DNA of 64,000 bases from Candidatus Paceibacter sp. (GTDB lineage Bacteria > Patescibacteriota > Patescibacteriia > Magasanikbacterales > UBA922), in the NCBI GenBank assembly GCA_020725175.1, contig DYFM01000005.1, forward strand, positions 1,855-65,854, written 5' to 3'. The notes under the pieces were generated by a model. That model did no database searches. It saw nothing but the letters and a program-made list of their open reading frames with translations, and was not told the origin of the DNA. The position numbers and the translations under genes were made by a program. This document shows positions 47,959 through 57,887 of this stretch, piece after piece; position 1 is the first letter of the stretch, and every line of letters begins with the position of its first letter.

Positions 47959-48921
47959 ATGATGCACAATTCGGACAAGCCGATTATAAAACACATTCCG
48001 AACTTTCTAGATTACTGTGAGGTTGAAAAAGGTTTGCGGGATAACACACAAAAAAATTACTCTCGATACCTCAATGTATTCGAAAAATGGCTCACTCACA
48101 CAGGAGAAACTACTAAACTCCCCCACCAACTCACAGCAGAAGATGTATGGAACTATCGCTTGTTTTTAGCAAGAAGATATCAAACAAAAAAAAAGAAAAC
48201 ACTTTCAAAAAAGTCACAAAATTATTACCTAATTGCCTTAAGATCACTACTTGATTATTTTACCGATCGGGACATTAATTCATTACCTGCGAGTAAAATC
48301 AAGTTAGCGAAAGATACTCATTCTAACAGTGTAAAATTTTTAACTCTGGAACAGGTTGAACGTTTGCTGAGGGTGCCAAAAGTTGCTACAAAAGTAGGAC
48401 TACGTGATAGAGCTATCATGGAAACATTATTTTCTACAGGGCTACGAGTATCAGAATTGGTATCGTTAAATCGTGAACAAATACACTTTAGAGATCCTGA
48501 TGGACTTGAACTAACAATCCAAGGAAAAGGCGGGTCTATTAGAACTGTCTACTTCTCTCCTAGAGCATTGTACTGGGTCAAAAAGTATCTGGAGACAAGA
48601 CAAAATGATATGGAACCAGCCCTATTTATAAATTATCAAACAAAAAATGAGGAGGAACGACGTCTTAATCAGCGTTCCGTACAGTCAAATATCAAAAAAT
48701 ATTCAAGATTGGCAGGAATACCAATTTCGGTAACACCTCATGTACTAAGACATTCTTACGCAACCGACCTACTTGTTCAGGGAGTAGATTTACGTACTGT
48801 ACAAGAATTTTTAGGGCATAAAAATGTTGCAACCACCCAAATATATACCCACATAACAAGTAAACGACTTAAGGAAATTCACAGTAAGTTTCATGGCGGA
48901 AATAAATTAGACAAAAAATAA
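47959..48921 (+). CDS. XerC/XerD-like tyrosine recombinase
   Basis: TGLRVSE, GKG, HVLRHS, LGH, TTQIY. Confidence 0.93.
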   Translation: MMHNSDKPIIKHIPNFLDYCEVEKGLRDNTQKNYSRYLNVFEKWLTHTGETTKLPHQLTAEDVWNYRLFLARRYQTKKKKTLSKKSQNYYLIALRSLLDYFTDRDINSLPASKIKLAKDTHSNSVKFLTLEQVERLLRVPKVATKVGLRDRAIMETLFSTGLRVSELVSLNREQIHFRDPDGLELTIQGKGGSIRTVYFSPRALYWVKKYLETRQNDMEPALFINYQTKNEEERRLNQRSVQSNIKKYSRLAGIPISVTPHVLRHSYATDLLVQGVDLRTVQEFLGHKNVATTQIYTHITSKRLKEIHSKFHGGNKLDKK

Positions 48922-48932
48922 ACAAGTAAAGT

Positions 48933-49514
48933 ATGTACGTAAGACCAACTGTCGAAGAGTTAGTCAATATAATTCATTCCGGGGGGAATGAATTTAGGGT
49001 AGACAAACAGCAAGTTACAGATATTCACTTTCTTATACAAGAAAACTATCTTTGTCTGAGTAAAGTATTTTTTGGCGAAAAGATTCAATACGAAAAAACT
49101 GTTGAAGAGTTGTATAAAACAAAAAAAGAACACTTTGATCTTTCAGGTGGAAGTGTGGGCCACATGGCTCTCAAAAAATTGGCTAAAAATTTTTTTTCTG
49201 CTAGCTATCCTACATTTATTATAAATGTAGAGGATGAGTTTATGGGCTATCGACCTGACATACTTATAGAGGATAGTTGCGAAAAGTCAATCTACTTAGT
49301 CGAGTGTGGCAATACAGAATCTGATAAGTTTTTTAAATATTTCACGAGCGACAAGGTAAAAAGAATGTACATACTCCCCTATCCTGAAGATTTAAGTACA
49401 AAAATATTTATGTTTACTTTTACACCTACAGAGAATACGCAAGATTTTTTGTTATATCTTGAATCCGAAAGAAGAAGTAAAATAAAAAGTATAGTAAACC
49501 AGAGAACAACATAG
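48933..49514 (+). CDS. Hypothetical protein, PD-(D/E)xK-like nuclease motif
   Basis: H...E...RPDIL...VECG. Confidence 0.55.
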   Translation: MYVRPTVEELVNIIHSGGNEFRVDKQQVTDIHFLIQENYLCLSKVFFGEKIQYEKTVEELYKTKKEHFDLSGGSVGHMALKKLAKNFFSASYPTFIINVEDEFMGYRPDILIEDSCEKSIYLVECGNTESDKFFKYFTSDKVKRMYILPYPEDLSTKIFMFTFTPTENTQDFLLYLESERRSKIKSIVNQRTT

Positions 49515-49521
49515 ATTACTT

Positions 49522-50580
49522 TTATCGCCAATATATTTTTCCCGGAAAACGCAAATCAACATATTGTAACGCAGATCGATTAACCTTACCTTGTAACAAA
49601 GATTTGAATTCATCAAACTGTTCCTCAGGAGCCCGGTCAAGACGAACGAGTATTTCCCATCCCTCCCCTGTTTTTAGACGTGCATCGCCAAGGACATTCT
49701 CGATATACGTATACAAGACAGAAACATCTGTATAAGAAGATAAAAGTGTGATCCAAGAAATGATTGCTCGGGTGTATTGCGGCTCTAAAATAATGCTATT
49801 TACACCAGCTTCTTTCTTTCGTTGGTCGTAAATAACTGGATATAAACCCAGCTCCTGAGTAAGCTTATTCACGGGCGGAATATGTGTTCGAGACACCTCT
49901 TTTTCTTCAGTAATTTCTTTAGCTACACGTGCTAACATGCCATCTGGTAATGTGGTGGTCACCATGACAGTGCTTGTAACAGTTTCTTTATGAATGTACC
50001 ATTCATCATCGGTTACCCGACGAAGAGGCTCTATCACCTTCCCATCACTATCAACAAAAAAGTACTGTTTTTCATTATCATATATAGCAATCGGCACTTT
50101 TTCTTCAACTAAAATAGTGAGTGTGTTAGGGAAAACAGTATTTACAACCACTTCCTCGAGGGGATATCGAGCTAAAAGAATATCTTGCACCTCCTCTGTA
50201 TCAAGTAAAAAAAAGTTACTTCCAGGAAAAACATAATAATGCTTTTTTGCTAAAATTCCATTGACCGTATCTTCTACTTCAGAAGATACTATTCGCTGAA
50301 ATCCACTTACCTGCAACTGCTTTACTTGAAAAAAAGGATGGAATAAAAGAAGACCAACACTTCCACCAATCAATAAACAAATGACAATAAGAAGGATGGG
50401 TCGTTTAACTTTTTCTAGAGATGTTTGTTCTGAGACACCATGAAACGGATTTTGTTTTCTCTGTCGCCAAGCAAAATCACGCCGTGTAGCAAACGACGGA
50501 TTTGGGTCAAGCATTTCAGAACGAACTTTATTGAAACGTTTTCCCCAAATACGTTTCATTTTGTATGGATTTAATGACAT
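49522..50580 (-). CDS. FtsQ/DivIB-type POTRA domain protein
   Basis: One TM, FPNTLTILVEE, C-terminal YVDLRF; start uncertain. Confidence 0.85.
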   Translation of the reverse strand: MSLNPYKMKRIWGKRFNKVRSEMLDPNPSFATRRDFAWRQRKQNPFHGVSEQTSLEKVKRPILLIVICLLIGGSVGLLLFHPFFQVKQLQVSGFQRIVSSEVEDTVNGILAKKHYYVFPGSNFFLLDTEEVQDILLARYPLEEVVVNTVFPNTLTILVEEKVPIAIYDNEKQYFFVDSDGKVIEPLRRVTDDEWYIHKETVTSTVMVTTTLPDGMLARVAKEITEEKEVSRTHIPPVNKLTQELGLYPVIYDQRKKEAGVNSIILEPQYTRAIISWITLLSSYTDVSVLYTYIENVLGDARLKTGEGWEILVRLDRAPEEQFDEFKSLLQGKVNRSALQYVDLRFPGKIYWR

Positions 50581-50731
50581 GAAATAAAATCTACAAATAC
50601 TGTTCATCAAAAGTGACAAGTATGAAAGGTAATCAAGACAAGAGATACCGCAAACTTCCCATGCTAATACCCTATCCCCGACTGGGCAAAGTTGGAAAAC
50701 TTAATGATACATCACCGAACAATATTGCCTA

Positions 50732-51760
50732 CTAAAATCCTCTTTTGATTCGACGAATAGTCTCTATTCCTCGAGTTATCCAATATCGAGGTGAAATAGA
50801 AAGATCATGGCACGGTAATAGATCAAATTGTCTTCCCCCAAAGCCCTTCTTAAAATGAGTAATACCGTAAAACGGATGGTCTTTTTCTGCATTTCGTGGT
50901 GCTACACCCCAAAAGTTATAGGTACGTATGCCCCGACGTTTCGCTTCTTGAATTACTCGCCACTGAATGAGGTAAGAAGAAGGAAGGCGTTTATCGAGAT
51001 AATAGGACGCACTGTGTCGATAACACGCCATAGTGCCATAAAACATAATAATTGCAGCTGCGTCAATTTGCCCATTCGGTAAATACGAAAGAAATATCTC
51101 AGCCTCACCCTTATCAGCAAAAACAGAAAATTCCTGCTCCACAAATTGTCTTGAAAACCGATGAAAATGATGTTTTTTTGCGGTTACGTCAAGCATATCA
51201 TTAAGAATTTGAAGTGCCTCCTTGTCTTTTCTTATCTCTACTTTTACTCCTTCTTTTTCACATCGACGAATAAGATTGCGATGGTTTTTATCCATTTGCT
51301 TAAATATTTCTTCTTCATTTCTATCACTGGAAATATCCAGTAACCAGGTATTTTCTGCTAGTACATGAATGGGTGAGGAACGAAAGCCAACAGAATTGTA
51401 AAGTTTTTGATGAAAAGGGGTTTCAGCGACGAAAGGACTTACTCTGACAAAATGAAACTTCTGCTTTTGTGCAAAATACTTAAGATGATTAAAAAAAACT
51501 AAGAATTTTTCCTCAGTGGGCTCAGGGATAATAGGACCATATGGTAGATATAAAAAATTTCCCCGTTTGGCATGTGTAGAGACCACCAACGATCCACCAA
51601 TTAAAACTCCGTTTTTGTATAAACCAAATATCCAACCTCTCTCCCCCATTTTTTTATAAAAGTCAATATATGCGGCAGATTGAACAAACAACGTATACGG
51701 TTGTAGTAAATTAAACTGTTCCCACTCTTCAGAATGTAGTACTTCTCTTACTTCGTACAT
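50732..51760 (-). CDS. FemABX-family peptidoglycan peptidyltransferase
   Basis: YLPYGP, RNLIRR, YNFWG, FKKGFGG. Confidence 0.9.
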   Translation of the reverse strand: MYEVREVLHSEEWEQFNLLQPYTLFVQSAAYIDFYKKMGERGWIFGLYKNGVLIGGSLVVSTHAKRGNFLYLPYGPIIPEPTEEKFLVFFNHLKYFAQKQKFHFVRVSPFVAETPFHQKLYNSVGFRSSPIHVLAENTWLLDISSDRNEEEIFKQMDKNHRNLIRRCEKEGVKVEIRKDKEALQILNDMLDVTAKKHHFHRFSRQFVEQEFSVFADKGEAEIFLSYLPNGQIDAAAIIMFYGTMACYRHSASYYLDKRLPSSYLIQWRVIQEAKRRGIRTYNFWGVAPRNAEKDHPFYGITHFKKGFGGRQFDLLPCHDLSISPRYWITRGIETIRRIKRGF

Positions 51761-51761
51761 A

Positions 51762-53030
51762 CTATGTAACGTCTAACAAATATTGATTGATATGAAAACA
51801 TATGCTCTCAGCATCTACTTCAGAAATATTTCGATGCGTGGGTAACAATAAAACACGAGAGGAAATGTTTAATGCACTTGAACATTTTTCCTGTTCATAT
51901 TGAGCGACTTGTAGTGATACGTCTTTTGGTGCGACAGGACTGCCTGACCAAGCCGTGGAAAGTTGGATACCAAACTGTAATAAATGTGTCCTTAACGAAA
52001 AAGGTTTGTCGACAACAATAGGAAACTGAAGAAAAACGGATACTTCTAAAAGATCTTGATCAAATGGTAGTTGAATTTCTTTTGGTAATTGAGAGACATA
52101 TATTTGAGAGATTTTTTTTCTGTGGACATTGTTCGCGTCAATATCAAGAAGCTGCGGAAAGACGACTGTCGCTAATGCGTTTGGGAATGCTGTTGGATAT
52201 TCCGGTTGCCTCTCCCCTATTTTTTCACGTGATGAAATGATAGAAGGAATTAGGTGTAGTTTTTTGGCAATTGCTAGAAAAAATTTTCCAATTGAATGCT
52301 GAAAATACCAAGGTTTTGCTAGGAAAAATAAAAGGAATGAAATCAAGTACTGAACAACGACTCGAATGCTCATTTGCGGTAAAGCTTCTTGTGCCTGTCT
52401 CAGTTGATTTCCATACTGAAAATTATTTGTTATAGCTACACCGCCTCTACCACACGAAACCACCTTTTCTGACCCAAAACTAAAAATTGATATGTCCCCC
52501 CATGACCCCAGTGCTCTCCCTTTAAATGACCCACCGATAGTATGTGCCACGTCCTCAATAAGAACCAAATTATACTTATTTGCAATCTCTCGTAATTTTT
52601 CAATTTGTTCCGGAACTCCAAAAGTATGCTGAACAATGATAGCTTTGATATTCTGTTTTTTACTTGAAGAAAAAAACGTATCCAAAACATCAAGATCCAT
52701 TTGAAGAGTACTAGTAATATCCACATACACTGGCTTTGCTCCGAGTTGTGTCACTGCATTTGCCACAACAATACAAGTGTAACCTGGAATAAGAACCACA
52801 TCTCCCTCTCCAATCCTCGCGGCTTTCAAGGCAGCCTGAAGTGCACTTCTCCCACTATCAAAGGTAACAGCATACTGTGCTTGAAACCGACGTTCAAACC
52901 ATTGTTCTACTTTTTTCACTTCATTCCCACGTTGAAGCAGTGACCATTTCCAAGGAAAAAATAAAAAAGCTGCGGCAATTCGCACATCCTTCTGATTCAA
53001 GTTTGGCGCTAAACCCGTAAAGATCGGCAT
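51762..53030 (-). CDS. DegT/DnrJ/EryC1/StrS aminotransferase
   Basis: SGRSAL, QHTFG, IEDVAH, FSFGSEK. Confidence 0.88.
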   Translation of the reverse strand: MPIFTGLAPNLNQKDVRIAAAFLFFPWKWSLLQRGNEVKKVEQWFERRFQAQYAVTFDSGRSALQAALKAARIGEGDVVLIPGYTCIVVANAVTQLGAKPVYVDITSTLQMDLDVLDTFFSSSKKQNIKAIIVQHTFGVPEQIEKLREIANKYNLVLIEDVAHTIGGSFKGRALGSWGDISIFSFGSEKVVSCGRGGVAITNNFQYGNQLRQAQEALPQMSIRVVVQYLISFLLFFLAKPWYFQHSIGKFFLAIAKKLHLIPSIISSREKIGERQPEYPTAFPNALATVVFPQLLDIDANNVHRKKISQIYVSQLPKEIQLPFDQDLLEVSVFLQFPIVVDKPFSLRTHLLQFGIQLSTAWSGSPVAPKDVSLQVAQYEQEKCSSALNISSRVLLLPTHRNISEVDAESICFHINQYLLDVT

Positions 53031-53047
53031 ACGGAAAAAATAGTTTC

Positions 53048-54676
53048 TTATTCTGAAGAACATTCTTCTTTCGTATGGTTCAAGATATATTGATAAACCA
53101 TAGGGGAAATTCTATTTTCTAGTAAAACAACACAGTCATCCTTTATTATTCGCTTTACATACTCGAGCAACGCTTCCGGCTCTGTGATAAGTCTAACGGT
53201 TGTATTGAATTTTTCTCCTACCCCTCGTTTAAGAGGTTTGTAGCTATCCTGACTAATCACCACCAACTCATCAGTCAAAAAAGCAATTTCTTCACCAATT
53301 CTCTCGTGCAGTTCATCGCTTTTTTCACCTAATTCAGCCATACCTCTGGTTATAACAATTCTTTTTTTTGATGAAGAAAAGTTTGTAAGGTATACTAGTG
53401 CCGCCTTAAAACCGACCGGGTTTGAATTATAACTATCATCCACAAAGATACATTTCTCAGATGTACGAATAATGAGTGAACGATTATTTCTCAATGTTGC
53501 ATATCGAGGTAGGCGCTCTTCTCTTGTCATTCCAAGATATTCTGCCACCAACACACAAGGCGCTAAATTGACTAAATTATGCTCCCCTTTAATCGGCAAT
53601 TCGAGCGTCACTTCTCGACCAAAAAATCTTCCTGTTGCACGAATACCGTTGTTTGTAGATTTGGCATCTGTAATAAGACACGTTGGTGAATACTCTTCAT
53701 CCAGTCCAAATGTTTGAACTTGACATCGCAGCTGAGGTAAAAACTCTCGACAATACGGATTATCACTATTCACAACCGCAAGCCCATCTTCCGGTAATGA
53801 TCGTAACAATTCATATTTTGCTTGTTGAATGTTTTCAATTGAACCAAACAAGGAAAGATGTTGTTCAATAATAGCAGTGAGTATACCAATTTTTGGCTTT
53901 ACCATATCGCAAATGAGTTTAATCTCACCCATTTTATACGCACCCATTTCAACGATGAAAATATCTTTATCATCAAATGATGTGCGTAAAATAAAACGAG
54001 CAACTCCAATCTCTGTATTCGTATTCCCCGGAGTAGTAATCACAGAGAATTTTCCGGATAGAATATGTGTAAGAAACTCCTTCACACTGGTTTTCCCATA
54101 ACTACCAGTAATTCCGATGACTACCAAACGTGGGTAGCGTTTTATTTTTCTTTTAGCTAAAAAAATATAAAGAAATTTTACAACTTTTGTTGGTAACCAA
54201 AACAGTGAAACGACAAACGAAATAATGTAAAATCGCAAGGCCATAAAGAAAACAAGATATGACCAATCTTGCGTCAAAAGTATTACGACCGCCTCAAAAA
54301 GAAGTGAGATACCAAACACTAGTACCGCCTTTGACGTAAGATCCGGTTTACGAATCAAATGTTGTCGAAATCGAAAAACATTGAAAACTAAATCAGACAC
54401 AAGAATAAACAACACGAAAAACTGCAGAGAATAAAACGTATTGTTTGGCCAAAAAAACGCGATCATCGCCAAGAGCAGTCGGACGGTGATTGGGTGACGC
54501 AAAAAATACTGTCTCCCCTGCTCTGTGGAAAGATAGTCACGAAATTTATCCCAACGATATTCTTTTAACTGCCAAACATAACAAAATTCACTATAGTCAA
54601 CAACCGCGCTAATAGACCACAGGGCAGCAATGATAATATTTAGTGGAATAATAAGAGTTGCAAGTTGATCAAGCAT
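53048..54676 (-). CDS. murF: MurF ligase with N-terminal membrane domain
   Basis: GITGSYGKT, NTEIG, VEMGA, DDSYNSNP, ELG. Confidence 0.9.
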   Translation of the reverse strand: MLDQLATLIIPLNIIIAALWSISAVVDYSEFCYVWQLKEYRWDKFRDYLSTEQGRQYFLRHPITVRLLLAMIAFFWPNNTFYSLQFFVLFILVSDLVFNVFRFRQHLIRKPDLTSKAVLVFGISLLFEAVVILLTQDWSYLVFFMALRFYIISFVVSLFWLPTKVVKFLYIFLAKRKIKRYPRLVVIGITGSYGKTSVKEFLTHILSGKFSVITTPGNTNTEIGVARFILRTSFDDKDIFIVEMGAYKMGEIKLICDMVKPKIGILTAIIEQHLSLFGSIENIQQAKYELLRSLPEDGLAVVNSDNPYCREFLPQLRCQVQTFGLDEEYSPTCLITDAKSTNNGIRATGRFFGREVTLELPIKGEHNLVNLAPCVLVAEYLGMTREERLPRYATLRNNRSLIIRTSEKCIFVDDSYNSNPVGFKAALVYLTNFSSSKKRIVITRGMAELGEKSDELHERIGEEIAFLTDELVVISQDSYKPLKRGVGEKFNTTVRLITEPEALLEYVKRIIKDDCVVLLENRISPMVYQYILNHTKEECSSE

Positions 54677-54682
54677 AGTGTT

Positions 54683-55402
54683 CTATGTAGAAAAAGCTAT
54701 TATTTTTTCTACCAGTAATTCTTTATGAGTGAGATGAAGCCCATGTTTTCCGTTTTTTACAACAATACAAGTACAGTGTGGTATTTTTTTTGCAATTCTC
54801 TTTCCTTGATTAAGTGGTACATAAGAATCAAGTTCTCCCCACATGACCAAGGTTGGTGTTTGTATGGTTGTTAAGAGGTGGGACATGTCTTCCTTGGTAA
54901 TTTTTTGAAAAATTTGTCGCTGAATACCAGATGTCTTATTATAGTCCGGTGAATCTGCCACTTTGTAGAGGACCTTTTTTCCTATTGATTCAAATGAGTG
55001 AATAAACGGTAAACGAAACACTTGTTTTCCTATTTTAGCAAGAATCAGAAAAAAATACCATCGTAAACCATTTCTTTTTCGATAAATCGGACTCCCACTA
55101 AGAACTAATTTTTCCACAGCACCATGGTTGTGGGCCACGAGGTATGTTGCAACCACTCCGCCAAACGAATGTCCAAGTAGTATTACATTTTTATATTGGT
55201 TAGTAGAAAGTTTTTTCTCTACAAACTCTGCGTACTCCTTCACCCCCCAAACAGAATTCGGGCAGGGCTCATCCCCAAAACACGGTAAATCAATTACTGA
55301 AACATCAGCAAAAAAATCTTTTGCGTAGGAAACAAAATCAGCCCATGTTTCATGACTACCGCCCCAGCCGGGAAGAATGATGAGGGTAGATTGGCTATTC
55401 AT
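54683..55402 (-). CDS. Alpha/beta hydrolase
   Basis: GWGG, GHSFGG, WGELD, KH. Confidence 0.9.
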   Translation of the reverse strand: MNSQSTLIILPGWGGSHETWADFVSYAKDFFADVSVIDLPCFGDEPCPNSVWGVKEYAEFVEKKLSTNQYKNVILLGHSFGGVVATYLVAHNHGAVEKLVLSGSPIYRKRNGLRWYFFLILAKIGKQVFRLPFIHSFESIGKKVLYKVADSPDYNKTSGIQRQIFQKITKEDMSHLLTTIQTPTLVMWGELDSYVPLNQGKRIAKKIPHCTCIVVKNGKHGLHLTHKELLVEKIIAFST

Positions 55403-56003
55403 ATATCATTTCAATTTTAGTTCCCAAAAAAAGCCCTGTGCCTTCATAGACGGTACCAAGTACATTTTTGTAAGTAAAATGAATCTTGTTACAAAATTTT
55501 TCATCACCGAACTGTGTACTTATCTCATCTGACGTTAAGTAAGGGGATAAAGGGTGTAAATATTTTCTAAACTTCTCACCATTATAAAATTCAGTTGTTC
55601 CACTTATTGTTTGCTTTTTTATATCTATTACTACAACTTCATTTGGTTCTAAAGATGATTTTTTAGGTAAAAAGTTAAAAAATTGATTTTCATTAACCAC
55701 AAGATCAGTAAATCGTAAATCTTGCACAAAATTACTACTTATATTTTTTATACAAAAATTTGATTTTGAATCAAATTCAAATTTTAAAACAGGTTTAATT
55801 GTTAGTTGAAAAGAACTGTTTTGAATTTCTCTAAGTCTATAGGTTTCTATTGTATAACTTATTACTGCAAAAAGTGTAGCAACTAAAATATAATCACCTA
55901 TTTTATAATAATCTTTAATGTAAAATAAAGACAATATTGTAAAAGCAATGACAATTAGTATTATAACTAGATGAGGTAGAATTTCTTTATGATTTTTTTT
56001 CAT
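55395..56003 (-). CDS. Hypothetical two-TM protein, very AT-rich
   Basis: 202-aa ORF overlapping neighbouring start/stop codons. Confidence 0.7.
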   Translation of the reverse strand: MKKNHKEILPHLVIILIVIAFTILSLFYIKDYYKIGDYILVATLFAVISYTIETYRLREIQNSSFQLTIKPVLKFEFDSKSNFCIKNISSNFVQDLRFTDLVVNENQFFNFLPKKSSLEPNEVVVIDIKKQTISGTTEFYNGEKFRKYLHPLSPYLTSDEISTQFGDEKFCNKIHFTYKNVLGTVYEGTGLFLGTKIEMIYE

Positions 56004-57259
56004 AAAAAGTTTTCTTTCCCGCCCATATACCCCCGCAACACTTCCGGAATTACTATAGTTCCGTCTTCACATTGATTATTTTCAAAAATAGCAATTGGGA
56101 AACGACTCAACACTACCGCAGTTCCGTTCAACGTATGAACAAATTCTGTTGATCCGTCCTCTTTTCTATATCGTATGTTCAACCGTCGAGCCTGATAATC
56201 GGTACAGTTACTGGTACTTGTAATTTCTCCGTATGCACCCTGCGCACCATCTTCAGACTTCATCGTCATCCATGCTTCAACATCATATTTTCTGTATGCA
56301 GGTCCACCAAGATCTCCGGACGGAATATCGATCACTCGATACGGAAATCCCAACCCATCACAAATTTCTTTTTCAATTTTTAAAAGTTCTTCATGCATCT
56401 TTTCACTATCTTCCGGCTTACAGAAAATAAACATTTCCAGTTTTGTAAATTGGTGAACACGGTACATTCCTTTTGATGTTCTTCCATAGGCGCCGGCTTC
56501 AGTGCGGAAACAATGTGATAATGCAACGTATTTTTTTGGTCCAGTACTTAAATCAAGTATCTCATTGGCGTGATAACCGCCAACAGTAATCTCAGCAGTA
56601 CCAATAAGACTTAAATCTGTATTTTGAATTGAGTAGACTTGAGTTTCTTCTCCCCGAGGGTTAAAACCAACCCCCTCAAGAATATCAGTTTTAGCAACGT
56701 CAGGTGTTTCGATCAATTCATAACCATGCTTTGTTACAACATCAATCCCATATTGAACTAGTGCCAAATTTAGGCGTACAAGATCGTTTTTTGAAAAGAA
56801 ATACTTACTTCCTGCCACTTTCGCTCCTCGTTCGAAATCAATCAAATTCAAATTGGTCATAAGTTCCTCATGGTCTTTTGGCTGAAATGGGAAATGTTCC
56901 GGTTCACGGTTTTTAAAAAGAACCCTGTAATTATCTTCTCCACCCACAGGACTGTCCGGATGTGTAAGGTTTGGGATTTGCATGAGGATGGATTTGTATT
57001 CTGCATCAGAAGCTTTTAAACGTTCTTCTTGATTTTTTAATTTCTCATTAACAAGCTTAATTCTTTGGATCTCTTCAGGTGAAGGTTTAGATTTCGAAGT
57101 TCGATTTTTTTCCGCTCGAAACTCTTCAATATTAGTTTGCCATTTTCTTCGTGCCACATCTAGTTCAATAAGTCGATCAACATCAACAGTAACATGACGA
57201 TGTTGACAGTTTTGTTTTATGAGTTCTGTGTTTTCTCGGATGAATTTTATGTCGAGCAT
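56000..57259 (-). CDS. serS: Serine--tRNA ligase
   Basis: MLDIKFIREN, GTAE, FRTEAG, RVHQF, HTLNGT. Confidence 0.97.
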   Translation of the reverse strand: MLDIKFIRENTELIKQNCQHRHVTVDVDRLIELDVARRKWQTNIEEFRAEKNRTSKSKPSPEEIQRIKLVNEKLKNQEERLKASDAEYKSILMQIPNLTHPDSPVGGEDNYRVLFKNREPEHFPFQPKDHEELMTNLNLIDFERGAKVAGSKYFFSKNDLVRLNLALVQYGIDVVTKHGYELIETPDVAKTDILEGVGFNPRGEETQVYSIQNTDLSLIGTAEITVGGYHANEILDLSTGPKKYVALSHCFRTEAGAYGRTSKGMYRVHQFTKLEMFIFCKPEDSEKMHEELLKIEKEICDGLGFPYRVIDIPSGDLGGPAYRKYDVEAWMTMKSEDGAQGAYGEITSTSNCTDYQARRLNIRYRKEDGSTEFVHTLNGTAVVLSRFPIAIFENNQCEDGTIVIPEVLRGYMGGKENFL

Positions 57260-57263
57260 ACGT

Positions 57264-57881
57264 TTATTGAACATCTAAAATAAAGAAGTTAGACATACAT
57301 TCCCCGGGACCTAGTGAATATGGATAATTTGGATCCCAGAGAATAGTCATTGTCACGGGTTTAGAAACTGACGATAACTTGATTCTACTCATCAATTCTT
57401 CACTTGGCTTAAACACAGGAGAGATTGGCATTATGGTTGGAAGGGTTATTTTTTCCCCAATCTTCATTTGTTCTGGAGAAGAAGTAATCGTAAAAACATC
57501 GCACTCAACCTGCCCTTCATTGCCAAAATAACGATCTCTCTTTTCGGTTTCGTAAAAACCAACAACTGTCGTGACACCAACGCGTTTTCCTGCGTTATTT
57601 TCAAAAACACAGTTTACCAAACCACAAGAATCACCAACAAGAGAAAAATCTTCCATATCGGAAAGTTTTTTTTGATTATCCTGATTTACTTTTTCACTCA
57701 AGAGAAGGTTTTGATTTTGTTGACGTAATTCACTTTCTGAAATAAATGATTTATTGTATAACATTTTATATTTTTCAACCTCATTTGTTTGTTTATAACC
57801 AAAATGTAGGCTAACAAACAAACCTAGAAGTGAGGCGATAGTAATTGAGATCATTATTACGTAAATATATTTGTTTTTCAT
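57264..57881 (-). CDS. Hypothetical membrane-anchored protein
   Basis: N-terminal TM, short coil, Cys-containing domain. Confidence 0.7.
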   Translation of the reverse strand: MKNKYIYVIMISITIASLLGLFVSLHFGYKQTNEVEKYKMLYNKSFISESELRQQNQNLLLSEKVNQDNQKKLSDMEDFSLVGDSCGLVNCVFENNAGKRVGVTTVVGFYETEKRDRYFGNEGQVECDVFTITSSPEQMKIGEKITLPTIMPISPVFKPSEELMSRIKLSSVSKPVTMTILWDPNYPYSLGPGECMSNFFILDVQ

Positions 57882-57887
57882 AAAGAA

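Noticed and set aside
47959-48921. Prophage or integron integrase
   Set aside because: No phage genes or attC cassette array nearby; it looks like a chromosomal Xer.
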